NCBI GenBank assembly: GCA_963722385.1
Contig: CAVRKK010000002.1
Coordinates: forward strand, 928,001 to 992,000
Reading direction: 5' to 3'
Origin: an uncultured bacterium
GTDB lineage: Bacteria; Babelota; Babeliae; Babelales; Babelaceae
DNA: 64,000 nucleotides
This document shows positions 21,070 to 30,897 of the stretch, one piece after another; position 1 is the first letter of the stretch, and each line of letters starts with the position of its first letter. The position numbers were made by a program, and so were the translations under genes. The notes beneath the pieces were generated by a model. The model saw only the letters and a program-made list of their open reading frames with translations, did not search any database and was not told where the DNA came from.

Positions 21070-21351
21070 ATGTTAACGCTTGAACTTAAGGTTGTTCCGC
21101 AATCAGGTAAGCAGAAGTGGGCGCTCGATAAAACCGGGCGATTAAAATGCTATCTCAAAAGCCCTGCCCAAGACGGCAAAGCAAACAAGGAGCTCTTGGC
21201 CCTCTTGGGCGATGTTGCGGGCGTTGCTGCCCAAGATATTGTTATCGTAAAGGGATTTACAACTCGGCAGAAAGTCGTTAAGATTCCAGTCAAGCTGAGT
21301 TACGAAGAGTTTATTCGGCGGCTAGGACTTGATCAGCAATTGCCTCTTTAG
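21070..21351 (+). CDS. DUF167 (YggU-like) protein
   Basis: LKVVPQS...SPAQDGKANKEL...IVKGFTTRQK. Confidence 0.88.
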   Translation: MLTLELKVVPQSGKQKWALDKTGRLKCYLKSPAQDGKANKELLALLGDVAGVAAQDIVIVKGFTTRQKVVKIPVKLSYEEFIRRLGLDQQLPL

Positions 21352-21373
21352 CAGGTTGATGATGCCTTATTTT
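21247..21373. repeat. ~125-bp imperfect direct repeat, left island boundary
   Basis: 3' end of the DUF167 gene plus GATGCCTTATTTT; recurs at 27103-27227. Confidence 0.9.
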
Positions 21374-21683
21374 GTGCTGGAGTCAAGGAAAGAATTGCGG
21401 TACTTAGTTAACAAGTTTAGGAATAAACAGGTCATATTTAGCAGTAGCCGCATTGTCATGAACCAAAGCAAGCTAAAATCCTGGAAGTCTTTTAGCTTAT
21501 GCGAATAGCTTCTGCAAAATATCAAGGACTCTGCTTGAGATTCTGTAACACTCTCCTAATTGAAAGATAGGTAAACCACTAGTTTAACTCGTGCGACTAT
21601 CAAGGCTTGGCCCTCGGATTAAGTGTAAAAAAACAGTTGTCGTATAAAATAATATCGGGCTGACGGCTCGATAGGAAGATATA

Positions 21684-22116
21684 ATGACAACTGTTTATCA
21701 AAGTTTAGGCCATTCGAAGTGGAAGTGCAACTATCATGTGGTGTTTATACCGAAGTATCGGAAAAAGGGACTGTACGGCAAAATACGTGAATATTTGAAG
21801 CGACATTTCATGAGCTGGCGCAGCAAAAGGGATGTGAGATAGCAGGAGGGCATATAGTGCAAGATCATGTACATATGATAATCAGATACCGCCAAAATAT
21901 GCGGTATCTGAGATTGTTGGCTATCTGAAAGGAAAAAGCGCGATTGCGGTTGCTCGACAATTTGGCGGTCGCAAGAGGAATTTTAATGGAGAGCAGTTTT
22001 GGACAAGAGGGTATGCTGTTTCAACGGTGGGCTTTGAGCTTGATGATATAAAAGCTTATGTTAAAAATCAGATACAGCTTGATAGTCACAGTTCTGATGA
22101 ATCTGGTGAATTTTAA
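21684..22116 (+). pseudogene. tnpA: IS200/IS605 TnpA (Y1 HUH) transposase, two frameshifts
   Basis: MTTVYQSLGHSKWKCNYHVVFIPKYR, DHVHM, IPPKYAVSEIVGYLKGKSA, FWTRGYAVSTVG; 1-nt losses near 21803 and 21885. Hairpins follow and the element probably ends at GTTATGACT 22194. No tnpB. Confidence 0.9.
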
Positions 22117-22194
22117 GTAACGTTAGCGAAACTGGCAGTCCTTGGGACTGCTCCACAGCCCTCAAGCCCCTCGCTTCGCGAGGGCGTTATGACT

Positions 22195-22540
22195 TCCATA
22201 ACAAAGAGTTTGATAAGCTTACTGCAGATAAGAAAATAGTCACTAAAATGATGGACAATCTCTACCTTGATAAGATCAAAGGGAGAATTACTAAGAGGCG
22301 ACTACGACAGATTTTACCCAGACGGTGAGAGATCAGGCCATTGATGTTGCCATTCGGCTCGAGCAACTGCAAGAGGCTGAAGATAACTACTACCTTACTG
22401 CAAAATTGCCTTCTAGGACTAGCTAAACTTTGAATTATTTACGAGTTCAGAAGTGGAAGAAAAACGGCAAGTTATGAAACTTGTACTATAGTCGAGTTTG
22501 AAAAGGTGCTCTACGACGTGCAACCGCCATTCAATTTTTT
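22195..22540 (+). pseudogene. Large serine recombinase C-terminal remnant
   Basis: Broken frames give MDNLYLDKIKGRIT / DYDRFY / RLEQLQEAEDNYYLTAK / LFTSSEVEEKRQVMKLVL / QPPFNF, resembling LSR coiled-coil tails (from recall). Confidence 0.6.
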
Positions 22541-22627
22541 ACTAGGATGCAAACTAGGATAGGTGTTGACATCCTAGTAGCATCCGTGTTAACATCCTAG
22601 TAGATCGTATCAATATTGGGGGACCTT

Positions 22628-24004
22628 GTGATTGAAAAGCTTCTTGCAAGGAATGAAGGTAAAACGCTGGAATTTAAAGAAAATGCAGGGTCTTTGCCCG
22701 GTATTATAAAGACCGTTATCGCTTTTGCAAATACAGCTGGTGGCACTATTGTTGTGGGAGTAGAAGATAAAGTTAAAAAGGTGGTTGGTGTAAACAATGT
22801 TCTTAACGAAGAGGAGCGCTTGATCAATGCAATTTCAGCTTCTATAGCTCCTTTTTTCATTCCCAATATAGATATTCAGACTTATCGCAAAAAAGAGCTT
22901 GTACTGATTCACGTACCTTATGCTTTAGGCCCTTATTATTTGAAATCTGCAGGCATTGAAAAAGGAACCTATGTCCGATTTGGCTCAACTAACCGTGTGG
23001 CTGATGAAGAAATGGTTGCCACGTTGCGATCTCTCGCAAAGAATGTGTCCTTTGATGAGGCTGCTTATATGTATGGAAAGCCTAATCTCTTGGATTGGCC
23101 TACTGTTAATAAGTTGTTCAAACGGGTACATAAATCGGTAACAGAGAACAAAGCTGAAAGCCTGGGGTTGCTTGCCAATTGCTCGGGAAAAAGGTATCCA
23201 TCATTTGGTGGAATTCTACTCTTTGCTGTTGATCGCTTAGAGATCTTTCCTGATTCCGTAATACGCTGTGCTCGATTTGCAGGAGATAATCGTGGTGGAA
23301 AAATTTTAGATCATATAGATATAAGTTCTCACTTGCCCTATGCAGTTGACGATGTACTTCATTTTATTGAGAAAAACACAATGAAACGAGCTGAAATTGG
23401 CAGAATAGTCAGGACGGATATCCCTGAATATCCACCAGAAGCGCTGCGAGAAGCAGTTATTAATGCTCTTATTCATGCTGATTATGCCATGAAGGGTTCG
23501 TCAATAATGATTGCAATTTTTGATTATTATATAGAAATAACTAATCCTGGCAGTTTACCTCCAGGATTAACGATGGAAAGCGCGCTATCAGGGTCTTCAC
23601 GCGTACGTAATAGGGTTATTGCGCGGGTATTTCGCGAACTGAAACTGATTGAGCAATGGGGGTCTGGGCTAAGAAAGATAATAGAGTCTTGTGTTGCTAG
23701 AGGCTTAAAAGAGCCCAAGTTTGAAGAGCTTGGTAATCAATTTAGAGTTACGCTTTACGCGACTATAGCTCATAAAGTCAAATTGGAGGAATGGCAAAAA
23801 GAGTTTATAGCTTATCTTAAAGAAAAAGTGGAAATTAGTACTAAAGAAGCAGCAGAATTTTGGGGCATTGCTACACGTAACGCTCGTCTTAAGTTAAAAG
23901 AACTTGTTGAGAAAGGGATAATCAAAAAAATTGGAACCGGGCCTAAAGATCCTCGCGGTAGATATATTCTGACTCAGAATTTTAATAACTTGGATGAGAA
24001 CTAG
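22628..24004 (+). CDS. Schlafen/AlbA_2 + HATPase_c_4 (RecG C-terminal-like) + wHTH protein
   Basis: EGKTLEFKE, AFANTAGGTIVVGV, EYPPEALREAVINALIHADY, ITNPGSL, RNRVIA...IEQWGSG, C-terminal HTH. Confidence 0.9.
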   Translation: MIEKLLARNEGKTLEFKENAGSLPGIIKTVIAFANTAGGTIVVGVEDKVKKVVGVNNVLNEEERLINAISASIAPFFIPNIDIQTYRKKELVLIHVPYALGPYYLKSAGIEKGTYVRFGSTNRVADEEMVATLRSLAKNVSFDEAAYMYGKPNLLDWPTVNKLFKRVHKSVTENKAESLGLLANCSGKRYPSFGGILLFAVDRLEIFPDSVIRCARFAGDNRGGKILDHIDISSHLPYAVDDVLHFIEKNTMKRAEIGRIVRTDIPEYPPEALREAVINALIHADYAMKGSSIMIAIFDYYIEITNPGSLPPGLTMESALSGSSRVRNRVIARVFRELKLIEQWGSGLRKIIESCVARGLKEPKFEELGNQFRVTLYATIAHKVKLEEWQKEFIAYLKEKVEISTKEAAEFWGIATRNARLKLKELVEKGIIKKIGTGPKDPRGRYILTQNFNNLDEN

Positions 24005-24204
24005 GATGCATGATTATATCCGAGTATCACCCGTGTTAATATCCTAGTTGGTATAGATGGAATATAGGTATATATGTTCTTTAGATTGGTTAGAAACAGC
24101 AAGACTTGGAAAGGATGACCAACTATTGCAATATGAATCACGAATTGATTATGCTATTATTAATAATGTTAATTGAGTAATTATCCATTTTAAGGTGAAG
24201 GTTG

Positions 24205-24412
24205 ATGAAAGAGAGTATTAATCTATCTTTTAATCGCTTTAAGCGGAATAAGTATACCCTTTCTCTCGAGAGCTCAAGGGTGCCCTCAATCACACTATAA
24301 CGCTGCAGCAAAAATATGTTGCTTCACTGAGTATAATCCAACAACCAAACAATGTTGCCCTCTAAAATATCTTTCATATAATGGTAGCGGGTGTGTCTTC
24401 TCGTTAAGGTAA
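24205..24412 (+). pseudogene. Small secreted Cys-rich peptide, frameshifted at codon 2-3
   Basis: With one A removed from ATGAAAGAGA: MKRVLIYLLIALSGISIPFLSRAQGCPQSHYNAAAKICCFTEYNPTTKQCCPLKYLSYNGSGCVFSLR*; upstream AAGGTGAAGG. Confidence 0.6.
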
Positions 24413-24464
24413 TCATACTATTAATAATTAATAATTGAATCAACGATGATGTCAGCTCTTTGAG

Positions 24465-24507
24465 AATCTTTCTGTACCTAAGCGGCGCGTTTAGGTACAG
24501 AAAGATT
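24465..24507. terminator. Perfect 17-bp hairpin
   Basis: AATCTTTCTGTACCTAA-GCGGCGCGT-TTAGGTACAGAAAGATT. Confidence 0.7.
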
Positions 24508-25039
24508 AAGTTTGGCGCTAGCCTACATAACTGCCAATATTTATTATAGAACCTTTGTTGCGCAGTTAGAGGAACTTGTGACGGTGCAACAAATATAGCT
24601 CCGATCCTTTAAGTGTTTTGCTTCTGCATAATCGTAGGCTAGTGCCTCAGCATCACTTAACCTATCTTTTGAACAGATATAGTCTGTATCGAATAGAAAG
24701 GTAAGCTCTATCTTAAAATATAGAAACAGTTGACCGTGTATTGTTTAACCTCCTATAATATATTATATAAAGTTTGTCATTAAAAATAGGAATAGCAGAA
24801 GCGATATAGCTTTTTCATATATTTTAGTTACCTGCTTTTACTAATCTTATTACCAAGTACCTGCAGCACATCGATGGTGCCGTTCTAGTTTACATCTAAA
24901 TGATTTAGACACTTCAAAGGCCTTTGATTTTTACTCAAAGGCCCAAGTCCTGCTCCTTAAGATACTCTTTTGCCATTCTAGCAGTCAGAGTTGGGTCTAT
25001 ATGACCTACCCCCTCCTATTAGGGAGCTTCGATTCCATT

Positions 25040-25352
25040 AAAAAAATGTAAAAGGGAAGCTATTACATTATCGAGTTTTGAACAATTATTTGTCGTAGTA
25101 CCAGTCGAGCTGTTTGTGCTGCAGTCTTGCGTAAACACTGTTATGCCGACTCCGTTATTAGTAACAAGATAGGACGCTGTGGGTGAGAATGTTAACGAAG
25201 AAGCAGCTGCGCTGTAGAGTATAGGATGTCCCTTCGCTCAATGATCCTCCGGTTCCTACAGTAAATACTGTTATTTCTTCAGAAAAATTAGCCGTAGCTA
25301 AACAATTACCCGATGGCGAAGCGATACCGAGTGAATTCAGCACATCTTTCAT
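25040..25352 (-). pseudogene. Remnant of beta-propeller repeat protein
   Basis: SPSGNCLATANFSEEITVFTVGTGGSLSEGTSYTL matches the repeat unit of the gene starting at 62393. Confidence 0.7.
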
Positions 25353-25568
25353 TGATCTTTTTAGAATATTACGTGTAATTTGTCAATATACCAGGCTAAG
25401 AATCTTGCCATCAAAAAGTTATTTCGTTAAAAAGCTCAAAAGAAAAGGAGAGCAGCTGTCCTTCCCTTAAATTCAAGATAGAAGCCTACTGCTGGATTGC
25501 TAAAAATATCTTTGAGTATCCTAATTAGGATATCTTTGTATTGAATAATATCGATAGTCATTTAAAAT

Positions 25569-25603
25569 GCTTGCCATACGAAGCTTTAGCGAAGTATGGC
25601 GGT
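25569..25603 (-). repeat. Orphan tRNA-3'-end-like palindrome
   Basis: Minus strand ACCGCCATACTTCGCTAAAGCTTCGTATGGCAAGC with no tRNA body upstream. Confidence 0.7.
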
Positions 25604-25854
25604 ACTTAGTTCAGGAAGAAAGAAGTTGCCCCCTTGTCCCAATATATCATGAATTTCTTTGTTAGGCAGCCTAAAATTGGGGTATGAGCATTAACTATTG
25701 CTATGGCTGTATGCTTGTTAAGCTAGAGCTTCTTAGAAGAATTATACTAATAAATATATAAGTTAATCGATATTTTATTCATTCGAAGTATAAAATCCTA
25801 GATTATTTATATTGTTATAGGTATAATTTTTGTAAACATGACGGAGTTTTTGTT

Positions 25855-26316
25855 ATGAAAAAAGGATCTAGTTCTGAAAAGCTTTTACTTGAGTATATTT
25901 CAGAGGCAGCGAAAGAAGTACAAACAATTGCGCGAGGACTGACGATAGGAAAATACGTTAAGTTTATTCGGCGGCAATTAAGAATGTCTCAGCAAGTTCT
26001 TGCAAAACGTGCTCAAGTTCCGCAGCCGACGATTTCTCGGCTCGAACAAGGCCGGAGTGAACCAACCTTATCAACATTGTCTAAGATATTTGATGCTCTT
26101 TTTTGTGAATTGGTTATTGCTCCTGTATTAAAAGAACCTATCGATATTATTCTACAAAAGCAGGCACATAAAGTTGCTCAAAAGCACATTGCTTATTTGA
26201 AGGGGACGATGAATCTTGAGCAACAAGAGCCAGATAATCAATTAGTAGCAGAGCTTGTTAAGCGTAAGCAGGAAGAATTACTGCATACCAATAGCAAACA
26301 ACTATGGGAAGAATGA
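25855..26316 (+). CDS. XRE-family HTH protein (mobile mystery protein A type)
   Basis: IRRQLRMSQQVLAKRAQVPQPTISRLEQG, TMNLEQQ, ends QLWEE; ATGA overlap with the Fic gene. Confidence 0.88.
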   Translation: MKKGSSSEKLLLEYISEAAKEVQTIARGLTIGKYVKFIRRQLRMSQQVLAKRAQVPQPTISRLEQGRSEPTLSTLSKIFDALFCELVIAPVLKEPIDIILQKQAHKVAQKHIAYLKGTMNLEQQEPDNQLVAELVKRKQEELLHTNSKQLWEE

Positions 26317-27016
26317 ACATGATATTTTTTAGCTTTCCAGAAGATGCAACACCTATCAATGACTATAGCGGATTAAAGCTCACCTGGGTAAAAGATATAC
26401 CTGACTTGAATAGAGCTGAAGCTGAAAATATTATTCAAGCCAGGATCAATACCTGCATAAAAAGGTAATGATGCCTGAGCGGTGGTTTCATATAAGCTTC
26501 TTGAAAAAGGTGCATCAAGAAATGTTTGGTGATGTATGGGACTGGGCAGGAGAGTTTAGGAAAACTGTTACGTCAGTTGGAATAGAGCCAGCTTTAATTC
26601 ATCATCAATTAGGCGAATTATGCATCGAAGTAAATGCATGGTCTAAAAATCCTGTTGAGCTCACTTTTGTGGAAAAAGCTGTTCGGATTCACCACCGATT
26701 AGTATTCATTCATCCTTTTGAGAATGGGAACGGCCGCTTCTCGCGCTTAATCGCCGATCGCTATTTAGCAGCTTACCATTGCTCATACCCAAGCTGGCCC
26801 CATATTTTACAAGATAATGGTGAAGCACGATTATTATATATTCAAAGTTTGAAAGCAGCAGATAGAGGTGATTTGCTGCTGAAGTTGGTCTATCTCTATG
26901 GTGCAAGAAACCCTTCTGCTCATGATTTAGCAAAGAATCCTTTCTATAGAAGACATTTTTTAGAAGAGCAAACGTTAGCGATTATTAAAGCTTTAACTCG
27001 ATTTATACAGAGCTAG
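26313..27016 (+). pseudogene. Fic protein (mobile mystery protein B type), frameshift near 26441
   Basis: N-terminal PEDATPI...DLNRAEAENI is in a different frame from MFGDVWDWAGEFR...HPFENGNGRFSR. Confidence 0.85.
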
Positions 27017-27102
27017 AATAGTCAAAATGATGTAAGAACTGCAATCTCTATAACGCTTATTTCAAGATTGCAATAAAATTAATTAATAAATTTTAGAAAG
27101 CT

Positions 27103-27227
27103 GTAAAGGATTTACAACCCGGCAGAAAGTCGTTAAGATTCGTGATAAGCTCCGTGTGGAGAGTTCATTCGGCGGCTAAGACTTGATCAGCAATTGCCTT
27201 TGTAGCAGGTAGACGATGCCTTATTTT
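27103..27227. repeat. ~125-bp imperfect direct repeat, right island boundary
   Basis: Degenerate copy of the DUF167 3' end running into the ATG of the GspF/PilC gene. Confidence 0.9.
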
Positions 27228-28403
27228 TTATGGCGAGGAATCGATTTAACGGGAACCATTCGGAGGGGCAAGCAATTTGCTCGTTCAAAACAGGTGCTCG
27301 AAAAGAGCTTGCTTAATAACGAAATAGCGCTACTCGCCTCTCGATTGTCTCGGCGCAGGGCGCGGAAACTATCAAATAAGCTTTGTGTTTCTTTGTGCGA
27401 CCAGATAGCAACACTTCTCGAAGCAGGATTACGTCTTGCCGAAGCGCTTGACCTTGCAAGCAAAACGATGTCGTGCAAGCTGGCCAGCACCATCTTAGCT
27501 GATTGCGGCCAAGCTGTTCGCGAAGGTATTCCCTTGCATAAGGTTCTTGAATGTCACGTGCCATGGATCGACAGCTTAATGATCTCATTAGTGGTGGCTG
27601 GAGAAGAGTCAGGCGCGCTCGCACGGACTTTTAGAATTTTAAGTGTTCATTATGAAGCACAGGAAGAGCTCGCGAGAAAATGCAAATCAGCACTTATTAT
27701 GCCGGCCATCACGTTTGCTGTTTTTGTCGTAATTGCGGTAGCTCTCTTTGTGCTTGTTATACCACGATTCGAGGCTCTCTTTATAATGCTTAATAAACCG
27801 TTGCCGGGGGTTACGCGCGGTATATTTGCGATAAGCTCCTGGCTACGATCTCGTAAAGCAGTAGGTAGTGGTGGCTTGGTTGTGGTCGCTTTAGTGCTGG
27901 CCTGGCATGCCTGGCGCTGGTATGTTCCCCTTCGAACGCGAGAAAATTTGGTGCTATCTTTGCCATGGGTGGGCAAGCTGGTGTGCTTGTATGGTATGAC
28001 TTTTTTCTTGCAGACGCTCAGTGTCTTGCTTGATGGAGGTGTACATTTGGTCACAGCGCTGGCGCTTGCCCGGCGAGCTCTAAAAAGTGATATGCTGGTT
28101 TCTATGCTTAGTCAGGTGGAGCAGGATGTTGAAAAGGGAGAGCCGTTGAGTAGTGCGTTGTCTCGTCATGGCCGCCTTAATGCGCCTGATTTGGTATCGC
28201 TTTTTACCCTGGGGGAAGCAACCGGAGCCCTCGCGCTCATGGTCCGTAAAGGAGCTGAGCTCTATCATAAAAAGATCTACCATGCACTACAGGTACTCGC
28301 CACGTTGGTGAGCCCGGTGGTATTATTGCTGCTTGGGTTTATTATCGGGTTACTGGTATTTGCCGTCTACGCTCCCCTTTTATCGCTTTCGCGCATCATA
28401 TAA
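27216..28403 (+). CDS. Type II secretion system F / type IV pilus PilC family protein
   Basis: Two T2SSF repeats (LLEAGLRL..AL, GEESGAL; LLDGGVHL..AL, GEATGAL) and 3 TM segments. Confidence 0.93.
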   Translation: MPYFLWRGIDLTGTIRRGKQFARSKQVLEKSLLNNEIALLASRLSRRRARKLSNKLCVSLCDQIATLLEAGLRLAEALDLASKTMSCKLASTILADCGQAVREGIPLHKVLECHVPWIDSLMISLVVAGEESGALARTFRILSVHYEAQEELARKCKSALIMPAITFAVFVVIAVALFVLVIPRFEALFIMLNKPLPGVTRGIFAISSWLRSRKAVGSGGLVVVALVLAWHAWRWYVPLRTRENLVLSLPWVGKLVCLYGMTFFLQTLSVLLDGGVHLVTALALARRALKSDMLVSMLSQVEQDVEKGEPLSSALSRHGRLNAPDLVSLFTLGEATGALALMVRKGAELYHKKIYHALQVLATLVSPVVLLLLGFIIGLLVFAVYAPLLSLSRII

Positions 28404-28558
28404 GCAACAAACTTAAAGTTAATCTTTGGCAGCATGAGGGAGTACGGCATACCACATTATGGAGAGATTGTTAAGCAGAAGCACGTTGAGCTGTTGGTGG
28501 CCGTTGACCGTTTGGCTATTTATGGTAATCTTTAAATATGATTATTAAAAAATTATGT

Positions 28559-28644
28559 GCCGGGGTGGCGGAATGGCAGACGCACGAGACTCAAAATCTC
28601 GCGATGGCAACATCATGTCGGTTCGAGTCCGACCCTCGGTACCA
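28559..28644 (+). tRNA. tRNA-Leu(CAA)
   Basis: CGAGA-CTCAAAA-TCTCG anticodon arm, variable arm, GTTCGAGTCC, CCA. Confidence 0.95.
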
Positions 28645-28652
28645 GAGATGGA

Positions 28653-28997
28653 ATGACAATGGCTGAATGTATATTTTGTCAAATTATTGCTGGCAAGCTT
28701 CCCGCCGCTGTCATTCTTGAAAATGACCAGGTAATTGTTATAAAGGATATCGCGCCCAAGGCGCCTATTCATTATCTTATTATTCCGAAGAAGCATGTGC
28801 CTGATATCGAATCTCTTGCGCCCGTTGATTATGATCTTGGTGCTCTTATATTTTCAACTGCGCAAAAGTTAGCACAGCAACAGCCGGAATTGCAAGATTT
28901 TAATATGCTCATTAATAATGGTCGCAAGGCCGGCCAGATTATTTTTCACTTGCACGCGCACTTTCTGGTGGGTGCGCAGATTGGGAAGCACTTTTAG
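28653..28997 (+). CDS. hinT: HIT family nucleotide-binding protein
   Basis: CIFCQI, KDIAPKAPIHYLIIPKKH, AGQIIFHLHAH. Start 28653 or 28659; the ORF-track extension overlaps the tRNA. Confidence 0.92.
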   Translation: MTMAECIFCQIIAGKLPAAVILENDQVIVIKDIAPKAPIHYLIIPKKHVPDIESLAPVDYDLGALIFSTAQKLAQQQPELQDFNMLINNGRKAGQIIFHLHAHFLVGAQIGKHF

Positions 28998-29001
28998 TTA
29001 C

Positions 29002-29088
29002 GCCGGGGTGGCGAAATTGGTAGACGCGCAGGCTTCAGGAGCCTGTGGTGGCAACACTGTGCCGGTTCGAGTCCGGCCTCCGGCACCA
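29002..29088 (+). tRNA. tRNA-Leu(CAG)
   Basis: CAGGC-TTCAGGA-GCCTG anticodon arm, CCA. Confidence 0.95.
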
Positions 29089-29095
29089 GGTTAGT

Positions 29096-30619
29096 ATGAA
29101 ATCAATATTTCTTGCTTCGGTTGTCGCAGCAATTACCGCAGCAAGCATTATGAGTTACGTAGCGCTTGCTACTCCCCTGGGCCCCTGGATCGAGCCTGTG
29201 CTTGTTCTATCCCTTTTGGCAATTATGCGGCTGGCCAGACAGCGCCATAATACCGATCTGCTGGTAGCTGTTTCAGCGTCAGGTGGCGTAGCGGGTATTG
29301 CGGCTGTTGCCTGTTCTTTTTCTTACCCAACACTCTTTTTTCTTGAGCCGGCACTGTTTGGTCAGTGGTTAGCAGCCCCCTTCTGTTTTATGGGCGGGTT
29401 GGCATCTCTCATTATCACCACGGGAGGGATTGCGTTTGTGCTTGTTGAGCTCTGTCAGGAGCAATTTCTTGGCCGTGAGGACTTGCCGTTTCCGTTGGTT
29501 AAGCTGGTGAGCAAACTGGTGAGTGTTCATGATAATGCCCCCCCTCGGTCGACACAGTTTTGTAAAGGCGTCGTGGGTTGCCTTATGGTTACGGGTGCTC
29601 AAAAACTTATGGTGAGTTCCTCCTTGAGCAGCGATAGCAGTCTGCTTGTAGCGCTCGGTTATGGCATTGGGCACACTATAGCGTTACCGTTAGCCGTTGG
29701 ATGCTTAATGAAGCTGACGTTACTTGATGGCTTAAAAAATTTATTTACACAAGTAAGCGCTCGTCAGCTCGTATTTGCTTGGTGTGCGGGTATGGTTGGC
29801 TATGGGGCATTGGAAAGTGTCATTCATATGGTGCGCTCATTAAGCTTTTACCGCTTACGCTCTGTTCGCTTAACGGAGTTTGTAAAGGCGCCGCAGGGCT
29901 TTGTGTGGAGCGGTGCCTTTGGGATCCCTGTCGTTTTGGTAAGCTCTGGCTTGGTGTTGCGCTTTTTTACGTTTTCGTGGCCGTCGATTATCTTTTTGTG
30001 GATAGCGACAATTATTGGTGCGCATCAGCTTCTGCTGATTGGTGCAAAAATAGGCCTGGCACCCTTAGGTCGCTACGCCTTACTGATTACCCTCGGTGGA
30101 TTAGCGTTCTTTCGATTTACCTCGGTTCACCTATCCATTGCAGCGACATTTGTTGAGCTTTGTGGTGGTATTGCGGTGGACCTCATGTTTGGCCGTAAAT
30201 TGGCTAACCTAACGGAAAGCGAGCGAGTTCCTGTTCGCCTTTGCCAAGCGATTGGGCTTATTATAGGTGCGCTCACGGTGAGCTTCATGATGTGGTTACT
30301 GAGCACGCAGGTGGGCATCGGACAACCTCCCCTTATTGCGCAGCGAGCCGCTACTCGTGCCTTGCTTGTTAAGGTGCATGATTTTCATTTGGCGAGCATA
30401 GTGTTGGGTGCTTGTTGTGCTTATATTCTTGCTCGCCTTAAAATTAACCCTGTGTTAGTTATGAGCGGCCTGTTCATGCCCCTTAACTATGTTGCTCCCT
30501 TGATCGGCGGAAGCTTAATAGGAAAGCTTAGCAAAGACAGTGAGTACTATTATCCCGCATGGGCCGGTGTTTTTGCGACAGCATCATTAATGACGCTTTT
30601 GGGCCTTTTTTGGCATTAA
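29096..30619 (+). CDS. OPT/YSL-like oligopeptide transporter membrane protein
   Basis: Highly hydrophobic; LPFP, AVDLMFGRKLA, LIAQRA, C-terminal AGVFA resemble OPT family landmarks. Confidence 0.65.
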   Translation: MKSIFLASVVAAITAASIMSYVALATPLGPWIEPVLVLSLLAIMRLARQRHNTDLLVAVSASGGVAGIAAVACSFSYPTLFFLEPALFGQWLAAPFCFMGGLASLIITTGGIAFVLVELCQEQFLGREDLPFPLVKLVSKLVSVHDNAPPRSTQFCKGVVGCLMVTGAQKLMVSSSLSSDSSLLVALGYGIGHTIALPLAVGCLMKLTLLDGLKNLFTQVSARQLVFAWCAGMVGYGALESVIHMVRSLSFYRLRSVRLTEFVKAPQGFVWSGAFGIPVVLVSSGLVLRFFTFSWPSIIFLWIATIIGAHQLLLIGAKIGLAPLGRYALLITLGGLAFFRFTSVHLSIAATFVELCGGIAVDLMFGRKLANLTESERVPVRLCQAIGLIIGALTVSFMMWLLSTQVGIGQPPLIAQRAATRALLVKVHDFHLASIVLGACCAYILARLKINPVLVMSGLFMPLNYVAPLIGGSLIGKLSKDSEYYYPAWAGVFATASLMTLLGLFWH

Positions 30620-30639
30620 GAAGCTAGCGTTTTTTTAAT

Positions 30640-30895
30640 AACTACTTGGCAATACGCTCTCCTTTATGCCGTAGAAGCAAATCATGAAAAAACCGTTAAG
30701 GCTCTTTTAGAGCACCCACAAATTAACGTCAATAGAGAGAATAATTTTGGGCGAACGTCTTTGATGATTGCAATACAACTGCATCATGACGCTATAATTC
30801 TAACGCTCATGCAGCATGGCGCTCAAGTGGATCAGCGAGTTATTAACATCATGCGACATTATGGTATTGCGCCTCAGTTAAAACTTTTTTCGTAA
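30640..30895 (+). pseudogene. Ankyrin-repeat gene remnant (no start)
   Basis: ALLYAVEANHEKTVKALLEHPQINVNRENNFGRTSLMIAIQLHHDAIILTLMQHGA...FS*; absent from the ORF track. Confidence 0.75.
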
Positions 30896-30897
30896 GC

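Larger units (their letters stand above)
21374..27102. mobile_element. Decaying genomic island (~5.7 kb)
   Basis: Bounded by direct repeats, visibly AT-richer than its flanks; holds IS200, a recombinase remnant, an AlbA-type gene and mobile mystery A/B genes. Confidence 0.8.

Noticed and set aside
22116..22540. TnpB/omegaRNA next to IS200 tnpA
   Set aside because: No RuvC or zinc-finger motifs; the element appears to end at ~22194 and the downstream DNA reads as a recombinase tail.
23995..24055. Integron attC site after the AlbA gene
   Set aside because: The palindrome lacks proper RYYYAAC/GTTRRRY cores and no intI is seen; kept only as an unexplained repeat.
28557..29095. N-terminal extensions of the HIT and OPT ORFs in the ORF track
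   Set aside because: They run through tRNA-Leu genes; downstream ATGs were used instead.
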